Shown here in pieces: positions 38,093 to 48,946 of a stretch of DNA of 64,000 nt. A program made the position numbers and the translations under genes. Location: contig NJBH01000004.1 of assembly GCA_005223125.1 (NCBI GenBank), forward strand, positions 100,995 through 164,994, read 5' to 3'. This stretch comes from Promethearchaeota archaeon Loki_b32 (GTDB taxonomy: Archaea; Asgardarchaeota; Lokiarchaeia; Sigyniarchaeales; SOKP01). Under the pieces are notes generated by a model. The model worked only from the letters and a program-made list of their open reading frames with translations, was not told where the DNA came from and did not search any database. Each line of letters opens with the position of its first letter. Position 1 is the first letter of the stretch.

Positions 38093-40099
38093 ATGAGTGA
38101 AGAAGAAACTGAAAAGCCAAAAAGGAAAGAGAAGATAATCGGAATAGATCTTGGAACCTCGAATAGTGCTTGCGCAGTTCTAACTGGAACTGGTAAACCC
38201 GAGATTGTACCAGCTGCAGAAGGTAGAACTCTTGGAGGAAAGGCTTTTCCATCTTATGTGGCTTTTGATGAGAATGGTCGTAAAATAGTGGGTGAACCTG
38301 CTCGTCGGCAAGCGGTTAGTAACCCAGATGGAACGGTGACAGCAATCAAACGTAAAATGGGAACTTCCTACAAGGCAAAATTGCAGGTTGGTGATAAATG
38401 GCAAGAGTTTAGCCCAGAGGAAATAAGCGCAATGATACTTAAGAAAATTAAAACTGATGCATCAGCGTATTTGGGAGAAGAAGTCAAAAAAGCTGTAATA
38501 ACAGTTCCAGCATATTTTAATGATGCACAACGTACAGCCACTAAAAATGCCGGTGAAATTGCTGGCCTTGAAGTCGTGCGAATGATTAATGAACCCACAG
38601 CAGCCTGTTTAGCTTACGGTTTAGATAAAGATACTAAAGATAAATTAATGAAAATCTGCGTATTGGACTTAGGTGGCGGCACTTTCGATATAACAATCAT
38701 GGAATATGGTGAGGGTGTCGTTGAGGTCCTCTCCACCGCAGGGGATACTCAGTTGGGCGGAACCGATATGGACAATCAGATAATTGATTGGGTCACTGAA
38801 GAATTTAAAAAGAAAGAAGGTATAGATTTAAAAGGCGACAGTAAAGCATGGATAAGAATTAAAGATGCTGGAGAAAAAGCAAAAATAGAACTATCCACAA
38901 CTTTAACAACTACAATAAATCTACCATATATTTCACAAAAAGAAGGAAACCCTGTTCATTTGACAATGGAACTTACAAGGGCAAAATTAGAATCTCTAAT
39001 AGAACCAACCCTTAAACGTCTTGATCCTATAATGCAAAGAGCGGTTTCAGATGCAAAATTATCGGCTGTTAATATTGATAAAGTTATATTAGTAGGCGGT
39101 CCAACAAGAATGCCTTCTGTTCAGCAAAGATTCAAGAAATTTTTTGGAGGAAAAGAACCTGAACATTCAGTTGATCCAATGGAATGTGTAGCTATTGGAG
39201 CATCAATACAAGGAGGTATAATTGCCGGAGACGTAGAAGATCTACTATTACTCGATGTAACTCCATTATCCTTAGGGGTTGAGACATTAGGTGGTGTCTT
39301 CACTAAATTAATTGAAAGAAATAGCACAATTCCTACTGAAAAAAGTCAAGTATTTAGTACAGCAGCAGATAATCAACCAGCTGTTACTATAAATGTACTT
39401 CAAGGAGAAAGGGCAATGGCAAAAGATAATATCCCATTGGGAATGTTTCATTTAACAGGTATTCCACCCGCACCTCGAAGTATCCCACAAATAGAAGTTA
39501 AATTCTCTATTGATGCTGATGGAATTGTACATGTCAATGCGAAAGATTTAGGAACAGGAAAAGAAACAGGAATTACTGTAACAGGTGCTAGAGGTTTAAC
39601 ACCGGAAGAAATTAAGGAAAAAGTGCAAACAGCAGAACAGTTTGAAGAAGAAGATAAGAAAGTGAGAGAGTTAGTTGAAGCTAAAAATAGCGCTGATTCA
39701 ATGATTTATCAAACACGTAAATTAATGGAAGACAATAAAGATAAAATTCAAGAAAACGAAAAGAATGAAATTGAAGCAGCGATGGCTTCATTGGAAGAAG
39801 ATATCAAAACTGATGATGTTCAGAGAATTAAACTAGGAATTGAGAACCTACAAAAATCTATGTATAGTTTTTCTCAGAGAATATACCAAACTCAAGCCCA
39901 AGATCAGGTTTATCAACAAGCAGCCGACCAAGCTCAACGAGCTGCTAGTGGTATGGGCGGAGTTCCTCCTGGCGGAATGGGTGGAGTTCCTCCTGGTGAT
40001 ATGGGTGAAACTGGTGCTGGTGGTGCTAGTTATAAATCTGAAAAAAAAGAAGAAAAGGATAAAAAGAAAGTGGTAGACGTTGATTGGGATGAGGATTAA
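38093..40099 (+). CDS. dnaK: Hsp70 chaperone DnaK
   Basis: [31 protein letters not shown] and LVGGPTRMP signatures. Confidence 0.95.
   Translation: MSEEETEKPKRKEKIIGIDLGTSNSACAVLTGTGKPEIVPAAEGRTLGGKAFPSYVAFDENGRKIVGEPARRQAVSNPDGTVTAIKRKMGTSYKAKLQVGDKWQEFSPEEISAMILKKIKTDASAYLGEEVKKAVITVPAYFNDAQRTATKNAGEIAGLEVVRMINEPTAACLAYGLDKDTKDKLMKICVLDLGGGTFDITIMEYGEGVVEVLSTAGDTQLGGTDMDNQIIDWVTEEFKKKEGIDLKGDSKAWIRIKDAGEKAKIELSTTLTTTINLPYISQKEGNPVHLTMELTRAKLESLIEPTLKRLDPIMQRAVSDAKLSAVNIDKVILVGGPTRMPSVQQRFKKFFGGKEPEHSVDPMECVAIGASIQGGIIAGDVEDLLLLDVTPLSLGVETLGGVFTKLIERNSTIPTEKSQVFSTAADNQPAVTINVLQGERAMAKDNIPLGMFHLTGIPPAPRSIPQIEVKFSIDADGIVHVNAKDLGTGKETGITVTGARGLTPEEIKEKVQTAEQFEEEDKKVRELVEAKNSADSMIYQTRKLMEDNKDKIQENEKNEIEAAMASLEEDIKTDDVQRIKLGIENLQKSMYSFSQRIYQTQAQDQVYQQAADQAQRAASGMGGVPPGGMGGVPPGDMGETGAGGASYKSEKKEEKDKKKVVDVDWDED
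39953..40009 (+). repeat. 24-nt tandem repeat encoding MGGVPPG(G/D) in the DnaK tail
   Basis: atgggcggagttcctcctggcgga / atgggtggagttcctcctggtgat / atgggtgaa. Confidence 0.8.
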
Positions 40100-40235
40100 A
40101 GCCCAATTAATATTTCCATCAATTTAATTAAACATTCTTTATATTCTATTATTATTTTATATTTTTAGTTATTTTTAATAGAGATCAATAGTCTTTCCAA
40201 TAAAAATTAAAGAAAATTGGTACATAACCAGCGAT

Positions 40236-40604
40236 TTATAGATTTAAGAATTTTTTTAAAACATTAAATAATTTTTTATTTTGTAGTTTTACATCAGCTT
40301 CTATAGCCGAAAATTCTTCATCTGGATCTTCGTAGGTATACCCTTGGTAAGTAAGATCTGAAACGGCGCAGATATGATAAAATTCACCGGTTTGCATAGT
40401 AATTCGTATTACTTTAAAACGTCGACGGCTTACCATTTCCACACTTTTTACTTGAGTTTTAACTAATATGGCTGAACCTTTTTTGCCATTAAAGTGTAAA
40501 TTATTTTCATCAGTAGATAAATTTCCTTCATCCCAATATTTCTTAGAAATCATAGCAATTCCTTTTATCTTTCCTTTACCAAAATAAACATTATCATCTA
40601 TCAA
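40236..40604 (-). CDS. Hypothetical protein (possibly a PH/GRAM-like fold)
   Basis: TTG start preceded by GGTGA-N6. The alternating beta-like pattern is only a weak fold guess. Confidence 0.4.
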   Translation of the reverse strand: MIDDNVYFGKGKIKGIAMISKKYWDEGNLSTDENNLHFNGKKGSAILVKTQVKSVEMVSRRRFKVIRITMQTGEFYHICAVSDLTYQGYTYEDPDEEFSAIEADVKLQNKKLFNVLKKFLNL

Positions 40605-40796
40605 GAATTTTCACCTTAAAATAATACTTATTTCTATATAATAGTCAAATAGTCTAAATTTATATTTAAACCTTTAAGAATCCGATGAAAAGAATTAATT
40701 ATACTATGCTAAATTTGTTAGAATATATCTTTTATGTTTGGTTTTTGAATAAATTAGCGCTTTTAAGATAAAACATTATTGATTTATATCTATATA

Positions 40797-40868
40797 CCTA
40801 AAAAATTAAATTTTATAAACAATTTTAAATACTTGAGTTCTAAACATATTTCATTATATTAAGAGATT
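40797..40868. repeat. Direct repeat copy A of the dnaJ upstream region
   Basis: cctaaaaaattaaattt..a.aa..aattttaa.tacttgagtt.taaacatatttca.tatattaag.ga, with about 10 mismatches to 42456-42527. Confidence 0.85.
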
Positions 40869-40954
40869 ATACAATCATAAGCTCTAAGAAAAGATTGTTT
40901 GTTTTTAATCTATTTTATATTAAAAATTAAATATAGCTAGAAATTATTCTAAAA

Positions 40955-42268
40955 TTAAGTTCTTTTATGGCGTAAGAGAAGAATAATTATAGCTAGAACA
41001 GAAATAATTATAATTATTGTAAATGGAATTATCCAAATAAGAATGTTGTTATCTTTAGTTTCGATACAATCATTATTCTCATATAAATTATCACCATAAC
41101 AATCGTCAGTTTCTGTATAACATTTTCTATTATAATGAAGAATATTGTAGGTAATTTCATTTCCATACGAAGAATTAAGGAATATTCCATAATAATTATA
41201 ATTTATGGTGTTTTGAAAGACATAATTTAATATAGATTCTACCATTTTAATCCCATAATAATTTTCGTTAATTTGATTATTTGAAATTTGAATATCTCTA
41301 CTGAAATATAATTCAAGCCCTCCATTTTTATTGTCATTTATGCTGTTATTGATTATATAATTTTCTTGTGTGATATTAAGCATTATACCACATAAATTAT
41401 AATTTACCATATTTTCTGAAATCCAATTATTCGTACAAGACTGTACATATACAGGCTCATCCCATGGATGAATCATTATACTTCCTTCTAAATGAATCCC
41501 ATTACCTTTATTGTTATTTATCTCATTTCCAATGATTTCATTATACATAGCTTCAAGAAATAGAATTCCGGTTCCATTATTATTATTTATATAATTATCA
41601 ACTATGGAATTATTAAACCCCCAGTATATCCATATTCCATACATATCATTAAAACTTACATTATTTAATGAGATACTTAAATCTTGTCCTCCAAAGATTC
41701 CATTCACGTTATTAATAACATCATTTTCTAAAATTGTACAATCTCCACTCGCATAAATACCAAATACATTATTAATGATTGTATTTTGGAAAATTGTGTT
41801 ATTAGCCCCGAATACAATTATACCAACATTATTATTTGTGATGGTATTTTTTTTAATAAAGCCATTGGATACATTGTATAACTTAACTCCTGCATCAATG
41901 TAGTAATAATCAACACCAGAGTTATAAATTGTACAATTTTCAATTCGAAAGAATACATCTGAATTTTCAATATGTATACAACTTCCGGAACCTCCCCCAT
42001 CAATTATTAAATCTTCTATGATATAAGGATTAGAATAGGTTCCTGTGCCTGTACAATTTCCTGCATTCCTAAAATCTATCCAATCTAATGTACCATTTAT
42101 GAAAATCTTACTAGATACTTTTGATGTTTTGAGATTATGATTTATCAAACTGGATTCATTACAAATTCGAATATTGACTTTAGAATTATAATTAGCTAGA
42201 GGAAAGAATATTAAATTGAGTATTATTACCATTAAAATTGCGGTTTTATATAGAGCTTTTACTTTCAA
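40955..42268 (-). CDS. Right-handed beta-helix repeat surface protein, paralog of 28026-29798, with C-terminal TM anchor
   Basis: TGTGTYSNPYIIEDLIIDGGGSGSCIHIENSDVFFRIENCTIYNSG, N-rich beta-helix repeats, and C-terminal IIPFTIIIIISVLAIIILLLRHKRT. Confidence 0.8.
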   Translation of the reverse strand: MKVKALYKTAILMVIILNLIFFPLANYNSKVNIRICNESSLINHNLKTSKVSSKIFINGTLDWIDFRNAGNCTGTGTYSNPYIIEDLIIDGGGSGSCIHIENSDVFFRIENCTIYNSGVDYYYIDAGVKLYNVSNGFIKKNTITNNNVGIIVFGANNTIFQNTIINNVFGIYASGDCTILENDVINNVNGIFGGQDLSISLNNVSFNDMYGIWIYWGFNNSIVDNYINNNNGTGILFLEAMYNEIIGNEINNNKGNGIHLEGSIMIHPWDEPVYVQSCTNNWISENMVNYNLCGIMLNITQENYIINNSINDNKNGGLELYFSRDIQISNNQINENYYGIKMVESILNYVFQNTINYNYYGIFLNSSYGNEITYNILHYNRKCYTETDDCYGDNLYENNDCIETKDNNILIWIIPFTIIIIISVLAIIILLLRHKRT

Positions 42269-42455
42269 ATCGTTTATACTACTAGTTTCATTGGATTATT
42301 GTATTTATTATGATCTTTTATTATGAGCACATATTAAAACTTTTTTGTTATTTAAACCAATTTTCTCTGAATGAATGAAAATTTATAATAAAACATGTTA
42401 ATCAAGAACTTTGTTCTTGGATAAGTTTAATCTAATTTGATTTAACAAGCACAGA

Positions 42456-42527
42456 CCTAAAAAATTAAATTTCAGAAATAATTTTAATTACTTGAGTTTT
42501 AAACATATTTCAATATATTAAGGGACT
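42456..42527. repeat. Direct repeat copy B, immediately upstream of the dnaJ ATG
   Basis: See copy A. Ends 8 nt before the dnaJ start at 42536. Confidence 0.85.
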
Positions 42528-42535
42528 AAGATAAT

Positions 42536-43666
42536 ATGAGCGTTAATAAAAGAGATTACTATGAAGTTCTTGGTGTGAGTAAAGACGCTAGCTTAAATGG
42601 CATTAAACTTGCCTATAGACGTTTAGCCAGAAAACTCCATCCAGATCTGAATAAAACAGATCCCAAAGCTAAAGAGAAGTTTATCGAGGTTCAAGAGGCT
42701 TATGAAGTTCTAAGTGATGAACAAAAACGGCAAAATTATGATCGCTTTGGATTTAGTGGTGTTCATGTTAATATGGGTGACTTTTTTAGTGGTGGAATCC
42801 CTGGAATCGATGAGTTGCTTAGAAGCATTTTTGGAGGTTTTTCTTCTTTTGGAGGGTTTGATGATTTTGGATTTGGTGGTTTTGGTTCAAGAGCAAGAAG
42901 AAGATCTGCTCCTCGCAGAGAAGTTGGACAAGATATAGAAGATTATGTTGAAATTACCTTTGAAGAAGCAATGTTCGGAGTAAAGAAGGATATACTTATT
43001 GAGAGATATACACCATGCGATGACTGCGAGGGTTCTGGGGCAGAAGATCCATCAAGTATAAGAACTTGTCCGCAGTGCCAAGGAACAGGAAGGATTAGAA
43101 AAATGACGCAATCTGGATTTGGTACAATAATCCGGGAAACAGAATGCTACACTTGTAATGGCGCAGGAAGAGTAATCGAAAAGAAATGTAAAACATGTAA
43201 TGGAAAAAAAGTAGTCCCTGAAAGTAAAACAATTCATGTGAGCATTCCTCCTGGAGTTGAAAATGGTGTTCACTTAAAAGTTCAAGGTGCTGGACATGTA
43301 CCTTCTGTTAATGCAATACCAGGAGACCTTTATTTAGGGATACGAATAACTGGTGATGAGAAATTTATCCGGCGTGGAAATGACCTTTATACTCCCGCTA
43401 ATGTGGACATTGTAACAGCAATAATTGGAGGGAAGATTAATATTCCAACCTTAAATTATAAGGAAAAGAAATTAACTGAAAAAGAATTAACAATACCCCC
43501 AGGTACACAACCTGGAACTGAATTTCGGATAAAAAGTCGGGGAGTTTCATACATGCGAGGAAGAGGAAGAGGAGATCAATACGTGATTGTAAAGATAGAA
43601 ATTCCTAAAAAAGTCTCAGATAAGCAAAAAGAATTACTGCAAAAATTTAAAGAATTAAATAAGTAG
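42536..43666 (+). CDS. dnaJ: Hsp40 co-chaperone DnaJ
   Basis: J-domain with HPDLN, a G/F-rich linker, and four CxxCxGxG repeats ([32 protein letters not shown]). Confidence 0.95.
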   Translation: MSVNKRDYYEVLGVSKDASLNGIKLAYRRLARKLHPDLNKTDPKAKEKFIEVQEAYEVLSDEQKRQNYDRFGFSGVHVNMGDFFSGGIPGIDELLRSIFGGFSSFGGFDDFGFGGFGSRARRRSAPRREVGQDIEDYVEITFEEAMFGVKKDILIERYTPCDDCEGSGAEDPSSIRTCPQCQGTGRIRKMTQSGFGTIIRETECYTCNGAGRVIEKKCKTCNGKKVVPESKTIHVSIPPGVENGVHLKVQGAGHVPSVNAIPGDLYLGIRITGDEKFIRRGNDLYTPANVDIVTAIIGGKINIPTLNYKEKKLTEKELTIPPGTQPGTEFRIKSRGVSYMRGRGRGDQYVIVKIEIPKKVSDKQKELLQKFKELNK

Positions 43667-43717
43667 ATTTCTGATAAATAAAAAATGGAAATATTTTTTT
43701 TAGAAATATATTAAAAT

Positions 43718-44665
43718 TTATAAGTGAGAATCCAACCAATTAATTACGTCCTGAAAGACTTCTTCACGATTTATTTCATTAAATATTTCATGTCGGGCGT
43801 CTTGATAAAACTTGTAGGTAACATCTTTAATCCCATATTTTTTATAGCGATTAATCATACCTTGCACATATTTAGTTTTATTTCCAATTGGACATAAAGA
43901 TCCAGATATAAAATAAACCGGTAAATCTTTTGGCACTTTTTGTTCATTTTTAGTACCATACATTTTTTCAAATCCATAAAGGAACTCTAACCAAAGATTT
44001 GCAGGAGGAACAAATCCACACCACGGATCATCAATATATTTTTGAACTTCTGCTTTGTCTCTACTAAGCCATTCATATCCAGTTGCGCCTTCTTCTTTTT
44101 GCCATTCACGATTATTAGGTTTAAAATTCATATCATACATTTTTTGACTTGGTTCAGTAGGACCAAGCTTCTTCATTTCACCTTTTAGAAGTAGCTTTCC
44201 CGCTTTAATTACCAAACCTCTTACTTTCCCGTTAGTACCGCTTAGAATGCACCCTTTAATTTCATTACCCCACTCTTGGATATAATCTTGAGCTAGCCAA
44301 GCACCCCAAGAATGTCCGAGTAAAAATAAGGGAAGATTCGGATTTTCTTTTTTTATTATTTTTGATAATTCATATAATTCATTTACTACGCCCCTCCATC
44401 CACTAGGTCCTAAAACACCCGCATTTCCTTTCAACGTAGCTTCAGTCAAATCGCCAGCGGTCAGTCCATGACCCGGATGATCATCTGCATAACAAATGTA
44501 TCCCTCTTTGCATAAAGCTTCAGCCACACGAGTATATCTTTTAGCATGTTCTGCTAATCCGTGTATCATCTGTACAACGGCTTTCGGTTCTGATCCAGGT
44601 TCCCACTTATACACAAAAATCTCAATTCCATCTTGATCTGTAAAGGTAAATGTTGAGCTTTTCAT
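43718..44665 (-). CDS. Alpha/beta hydrolase (lysophospholipase / monoacylglycerol lipase-like)
   Basis: HGLAEHAKRY, GHSWGA nucleophile elbow, and a C-terminal ..ARHEIFNE pattern. ATG at 44665 preferred over the track's TTG at 44698. Confidence 0.7.
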   Translation of the reverse strand: MKSSTFTFTDQDGIEIFVYKWEPGSEPKAVVQMIHGLAEHAKRYTRVAEALCKEGYICYADDHPGHGLTAGDLTEATLKGNAGVLGPSGWRGVVNELYELSKIIKKENPNLPLFLLGHSWGAWLAQDYIQEWGNEIKGCILSGTNGKVRGLVIKAGKLLLKGEMKKLGPTEPSQKMYDMNFKPNNREWQKEEGATGYEWLSRDKAEVQKYIDDPWCGFVPPANLWLEFLYGFEKMYGTKNEQKVPKDLPVYFISGSLCPIGNKTKYVQGMINRYKKYGIKDVTYKFYQDARHEIFNEINREEVFQDVINWLDSHL

Positions 44666-44764
44666 ATTTTCATCTCTTTTGTTATTTTTAAAAAACAAAT
44701 AATTAATTATTTTATAATTTCATTTAAATTTTAGTGATAATTAAACCTTTCATTTATTAAATCT

Positions 44765-45298
44765 ATGACTGAAAAAATACTCATTACTGGTCCACCTAGG
44801 TGCGGTAAAAGTACTCTTATCTCAAAATTAATTGAGTATTATAATAATAAAAAAGAGTGTACAATATACGGCTTTTTAACCCCTGAGATTAGAGAAAGGG
44901 GTAATCGGATTGGTTTTAATATTGTAGATATTTATTCTGGAAAAATATCTCAACTAGCAAGAGTAGGAGATTTTAAAATAAAATACAAGGTTGGAAAATA
45001 TAATGTCTTTATTGAAGAATTTGATAAATATATTGAAGATAATTTAAGTCTAGAAGGAAAAAAAATTGATTTAATAGTAATTGATGAGATTGGAAGAATG
45101 GAGCTATTTTCTGATAAATTTCAAAATTTCATAAAAAATATATTTTCTTTGAAAATATCAATTTTAGCCACAATAGGTTTGAAATTAAGCCATCCTCTAA
45201 AAACTTATCTTTTGAATCTCCCTTCTGTACTACTATTGAACTTAAATAAGCGAAATTCTCAACTTATATTTGAAAAGATCATTTCGTTAATTCCCTAA
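44765..45298 (+). CDS. THEP1/NTPCR-type nucleoside triphosphatase
   Basis: ILITGPPRCGKST P-loop and VIDEIGRMELFS Walker B context. Confidence 0.7.
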   Translation: MTEKILITGPPRCGKSTLISKLIEYYNNKKECTIYGFLTPEIRERGNRIGFNIVDIYSGKISQLARVGDFKIKYKVGKYNVFIEEFDKYIEDNLSLEGKKIDLIVIDEIGRMELFSDKFQNFIKNIFSLKISILATIGLKLSHPLKTYLLNLPSVLLLNLNKRNSQLIFEKIISLIP

Positions 45299-45420
45299 TT
45301 TAATATTTAAACTAGGGTTTAATTTTCTTTTCACAAAACTTTAAATTAACTTTCTTTTTATCTTAATAAATAGCATAAGCACATTGATTTATAAAGAGAT
45401 ATAAGCAATTTTGGAATATA

Positions 45421-45425
45421 GGTGA
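45421..45425 (+). promoter_or_regulatory. GGTGA Shine-Dalgarno box 6 nt upstream of a CTG codon
   Basis: GGTGA-tacaaa-CTG. The frame is closed by the TGA inside the box. Confidence 0.4.
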
Positions 45426-45431
45426 TACAAA

Positions 45432-45548
45432 CTGAAATGGAAATGTGACAAATGTGGCCATGAGTTTGATCTAGATGACTTTCCAGAAGAGGGTTTCAAA
45501 TGTCCTGGATGTGGAGATACTGATTGTACTTTTTCTTTAGCAGATTAG
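45432..45548 (+). CDS. 38-aa rubredoxin-like zinc-ribbon protein, apparent CTG start (absent from the ORF track)
   Basis: Reads (M)KWKCDKCGHEFDLDDFPEEGFKCPGCGDTDCTFSLAD*. It resembles the WKC..CG...CP.CG knuckles of 49787-50662. There is no ATG/GTG/TTG in frame after the upstream TGA. Confidence 0.5.
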   Translation: MKWKCDKCGHEFDLDDFPEEGFKCPGCGDTDCTFSLAD

Positions 45549-45743
45549 CCCAATTTCTTAGAGAATACTTTGGATATTTTAAGTTTTCTTTTATGTTTTT
45601 CTTTCTCTTAAGAAGAAAAGAAGTTTATTAGATTAAATAAATTCAATCCGTAAGTAAATGACTTAATCTTATGTTTGTCACCTTAGAATGTTCATTTTAC
45701 TGTTATGTGAAAATTTATAAGTCTGAAACTAGGTTAGATTCGT

Positions 45744-47078
45744 ATGAGATTTAATAAAAATTATTAACGGGGTTTATTTTTACTATTTTTACTTCTTTTA
45801 ATTTTCTCGGGCATTTCAATAATAAAAAATGTTCCTACAACTGATTCATTTGATGATAACGACATTTCAACAAGCCAACCCGATGATCCATATGAACCCA
45901 ATGATGATTTCGGATCCGCTAGGGATATAAATTCTGAGAACCTAAAATGGTTGAAATTAATTCAGGAAGATGAAGATTGGTTCAAATTTGATGTATTCCC
46001 TAATTTTGACCGTCTAATAGTTAACGTTCTTTTTTCAAATATGGAAGGTGATATAGATATTGAGCTTTATGATCAGTTTTATACCTACATAACTGGTAGT
46101 TATTCAATCGAAGATGGTGAATTTCTTGACTATATTGTATCTCCTGGATCTTATCATCTTCGCATTTACGGTCCAAACTGGAGACAACCTTATGAATTGT
46201 TATGGGATGCCATTAACAGTAGCATAGTTTATGATGACAATTATGAACCAAATAATAGTGATACAGAGGCAGATCTTAATGCCGATCTTTCTTTCAATAA
46301 AAGAGATTGGTTGAGTGAAATAAATGGACTTGGAATTCAAAGCAATTCCGATTATTTTAAGATTGATGTAGATACTACTTATAGAAGACTATTTGTAGAA
46401 GTGATTTTCTGTAATTCTTTTGGAAATATTGATGTAGATATTTACAACAGCAGCCTTAATTGGATTACGGGGAGTTACTCGTTTAATCATAATGAATTTA
46501 TCAATTTTGAACTACCCTCTTCCGGCATTTACTTTATTAAAATCTGGGGAGATAATACGGGGATAGAATATGATCTTTGGTGGGATGATCTCCGAACAGA
46601 TACTAGAGACGATGATAGTTATGAAGAAAATGACGACCCATTGTCTGCGTATGATATTTCATCTCATCAATACCAGGATCTATGGCGGATTAATGGAACA
46701 GCTATACAAAGGGATAATGATTGGTACAAAATATTTATAACATCTGGATTTGAACATCTTTTTGTATTTGTTACTTATGATTATCAGGAAGGGCCAATTG
46801 GTATTGAAATTTATGATGGGGATTTATCAAAAGTTACAGAAAATTTCACAAATGAGGATAACGAACTGATTAACTACGATCTTCCATCAAATGGAACATA
46901 TTATATTCGAATTCATGGTTATCATTCGGGAAACATTTATAGTCTAAGGTGGGAAACTTGGGAGCCTCATATAGAAGATATGATACCGGGTTATGATGTA
47001 GTTATCATACTCGGAGCTATATTTGGTGTTGCTGCTTTATTAACTTTAAAGTGGAAACGAAGTAAAAAACATCTTTAA
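45744..47078 (+). pseudogene. Surface protein with three PPC (pre-peptidase C-terminal)-like domains and a C-terminal TM anchor; signal peptide interrupted by in-frame TAA at 45765-45767
   Basis: ATG-RFNKNY-TAA-RGLFLLFLLLLIFSGISII.. lies in frame with the track ORF (45951). Repeats begin DDPYEPNDD, DDNYEPNNS and DDSYEENDD, each with D.DW(F/Y)K and GxY.IRI.G. C-terminal VVIILGAIFGVAALLTLKWKRSKK. Confidence 0.6.
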
Positions 47079-47081
47079 AAA

Positions 47082-47101
47082 TTTTTTTTAATTTTTTTTT
47101 T
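47082..47101 (+). terminator. Oligo-T tract (T8, T10) after the PPC-domain gene
   Basis: Begins 4 nt after the stop codon. Confidence 0.45.
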
Positions 47102-47244
47102 CCTTATATTTTTAAAGTAGATTAAAAGAAGTTTCTAATTTCTTGCATTCAAGAAAATTATTCTTAATTATTTCAATTTTAAAAGCTTTGTTTTATTTAA
47201 ACTATTTAGCGTCATAAAGAGAAATATTATAATCTGATGGAATT

Positions 47245-47451
47245 ATGATTGAATGTATTCAAGAAGACAGAAAAAGTAGCTGTACTTGTACATACGACTG
47301 TCACAGAAGAGGTAAATGTTGTGAATGTTTAGAATATCATCTTTCAATGAATCAATTACCTGGACGTGTATTTGCAAAGATTTCTAAAAATGCTGAGAGA
47401 ACTTATAACAGAGATTTTGAATATTTCGCTAAATTAGTTTTAAGAAAGTAA
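47245..47451 (+). CDS. Small Cys-rich protein (CTCTYDC...GKCCEC cluster)
   Basis: 68 aa with seven Cys in the first 30 residues. Family not confidently recalled. Confidence 0.5.
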   Translation: MIECIQEDRKSSCTCTYDCHRRGKCCECLEYHLSMNQLPGRVFAKISKNAERTYNRDFEYFAKLVLRK

Positions 47452-47482
47452 ATTAAGAAAGTTTAACTCAAATTGACTAGAA

Positions 47483-48769
47483 ATGATTGAATTTATTAAT
47501 GTTTTTAAAGAAAAGGCAATTGACTATATTCAATTTCAATTTACGACAATTTTAGGCGAGTTTAAAAGCGTTGAGTTCCCTGTGAAAATTTGGGATGATT
47601 TAAAAGAGGGAACTGGAATTGATGGATCTAGCTTAGGATTTCTTATGACAGAACAAAGTGATATGCGAATTGTTCCAGATTACAATACTTTTGCAGTCTT
47701 TCCTTGGAATCCTAGGATTGGTCGTTTTATTTGTGATTTAACCGATAATAATGGTATTCCTTATCCTACATGCCCTCGAGGGATATTGAAAAAGATTATT
47801 TCAAAAGCCAAGGCCCTTGGTTATGGATTCCAAACAAGACCAGAACTGGAATGGTATTTCATTACGAAAGATTTCAAACCTAGTGATAAAGCAATGTATA
47901 TGGATAACCTACCTAATGATAAACGCCAAGATCTTCGCCGACAAATTACAGATGATATGATGGATATGAATATTGGGGTCAAGACTATACACCATGAGGT
48001 TGGTTATGGACAACAAGAAGTCGAATTCACAGCAGATAATGCACTACAACAAGCAGATAATGTACAAACCGGTAAACTTATTACCAAAGTCAGAGCTTTT
48101 TATAAAGATATAATAAGTACGTATATGCCAAAACCTTTTGAGCAGATGGCGGGAAATGGTTTGCATATCCATCAATACCTTAACAAAAACGGCGAAAATG
48201 CATTTTCAGATAAAGAAAAGGGTATTAGTGATATCCTTAGATATTATATTGGAGGAATTCAGCATAATATAAATCCCATTTCAGCTATTTTAAATCCAAC
48301 TACTAATTCGTACAAACGTTTAACTCCTCATCATGAAGCACCTGTATATGTTTCATGGGGTGTAGGAAATAGAACTGCGCTAATACGTGTACCAGGCTAT
48401 GAAAATTCAGCTCGTATCGAATATAGAGCGGGTGATGCAATGATGAATATTTATTTAGGAAGTGCAATATTACTAGCAGCGGGTCTAGATGGCATAAAAA
48501 ACAATATCGAGCCTAACCAACCTACAACTAAGAATGTTGATTTACTAACTGATGATAAAAGAAAAGAATTAAAAATTGAAAAATTACCTGAAAATTTGGA
48601 GGAATCACTAAAAGCTTTTGAAAAAAGTAATTTCATTAAAAAGACTTTAGGGAAAGAATTGATGAAAATCTATTTGAATTTCAAATATACTGAACTTCAG
48701 GAGTTTGAAATTGCAAAATCAAATGGAAATGAAAAAGATTGGGAATATAACAAGTATCTTTTCATGTAA
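47483..48769 (+). CDS. glnA: Glutamine synthetase (type I, short form)
   Basis: N-terminal beta-grasp (IQFQFTTILGEFKSVEFP), PKPF..MAGNGLHIHQ, NSYKRL and RIEYRAGDA motifs. Confidence 0.9.
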   Translation: MIEFINVFKEKAIDYIQFQFTTILGEFKSVEFPVKIWDDLKEGTGIDGSSLGFLMTEQSDMRIVPDYNTFAVFPWNPRIGRFICDLTDNNGIPYPTCPRGILKKIISKAKALGYGFQTRPELEWYFITKDFKPSDKAMYMDNLPNDKRQDLRRQITDDMMDMNIGVKTIHHEVGYGQQEVEFTADNALQQADNVQTGKLITKVRAFYKDIISTYMPKPFEQMAGNGLHIHQYLNKNGENAFSDKEKGISDILRYYIGGIQHNINPISAILNPTTNSYKRLTPHHEAPVYVSWGVGNRTALIRVPGYENSARIEYRAGDAMMNIYLGSAILLAAGLDGIKNNIEPNQPTTKNVDLLTDDKRKELKIEKLPENLEESLKAFEKSNFIKKTLGKELMKIYLNFKYTELQEFEIAKSNGNEKDWEYNKYLFM

Positions 48770-48946
48770 AAAAGGAATTTTGAAAAATTAGTACTAGTAA
48801 TTATTTAAATGATTTTTTCTGCCCGAATTTTTTTATATGCTAATTTTCTATAATGTCATAATAATCCAATTAACTAAAAAAACTATTAAAAGTAATTAAA
48901 AAAAAAAAAAAAAATTAATGGAGGGATTGAAATTTCAGATCTTTCG

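Noticed and set aside
48898-48914. An A17 homopolymer about 33 nt upstream of the SPFH gene, considered as a phase-variable promoter element.
   Set aside because: Homopolymer runs are common in this AT-rich DNA, and nothing else supports a switch. Not pursued.
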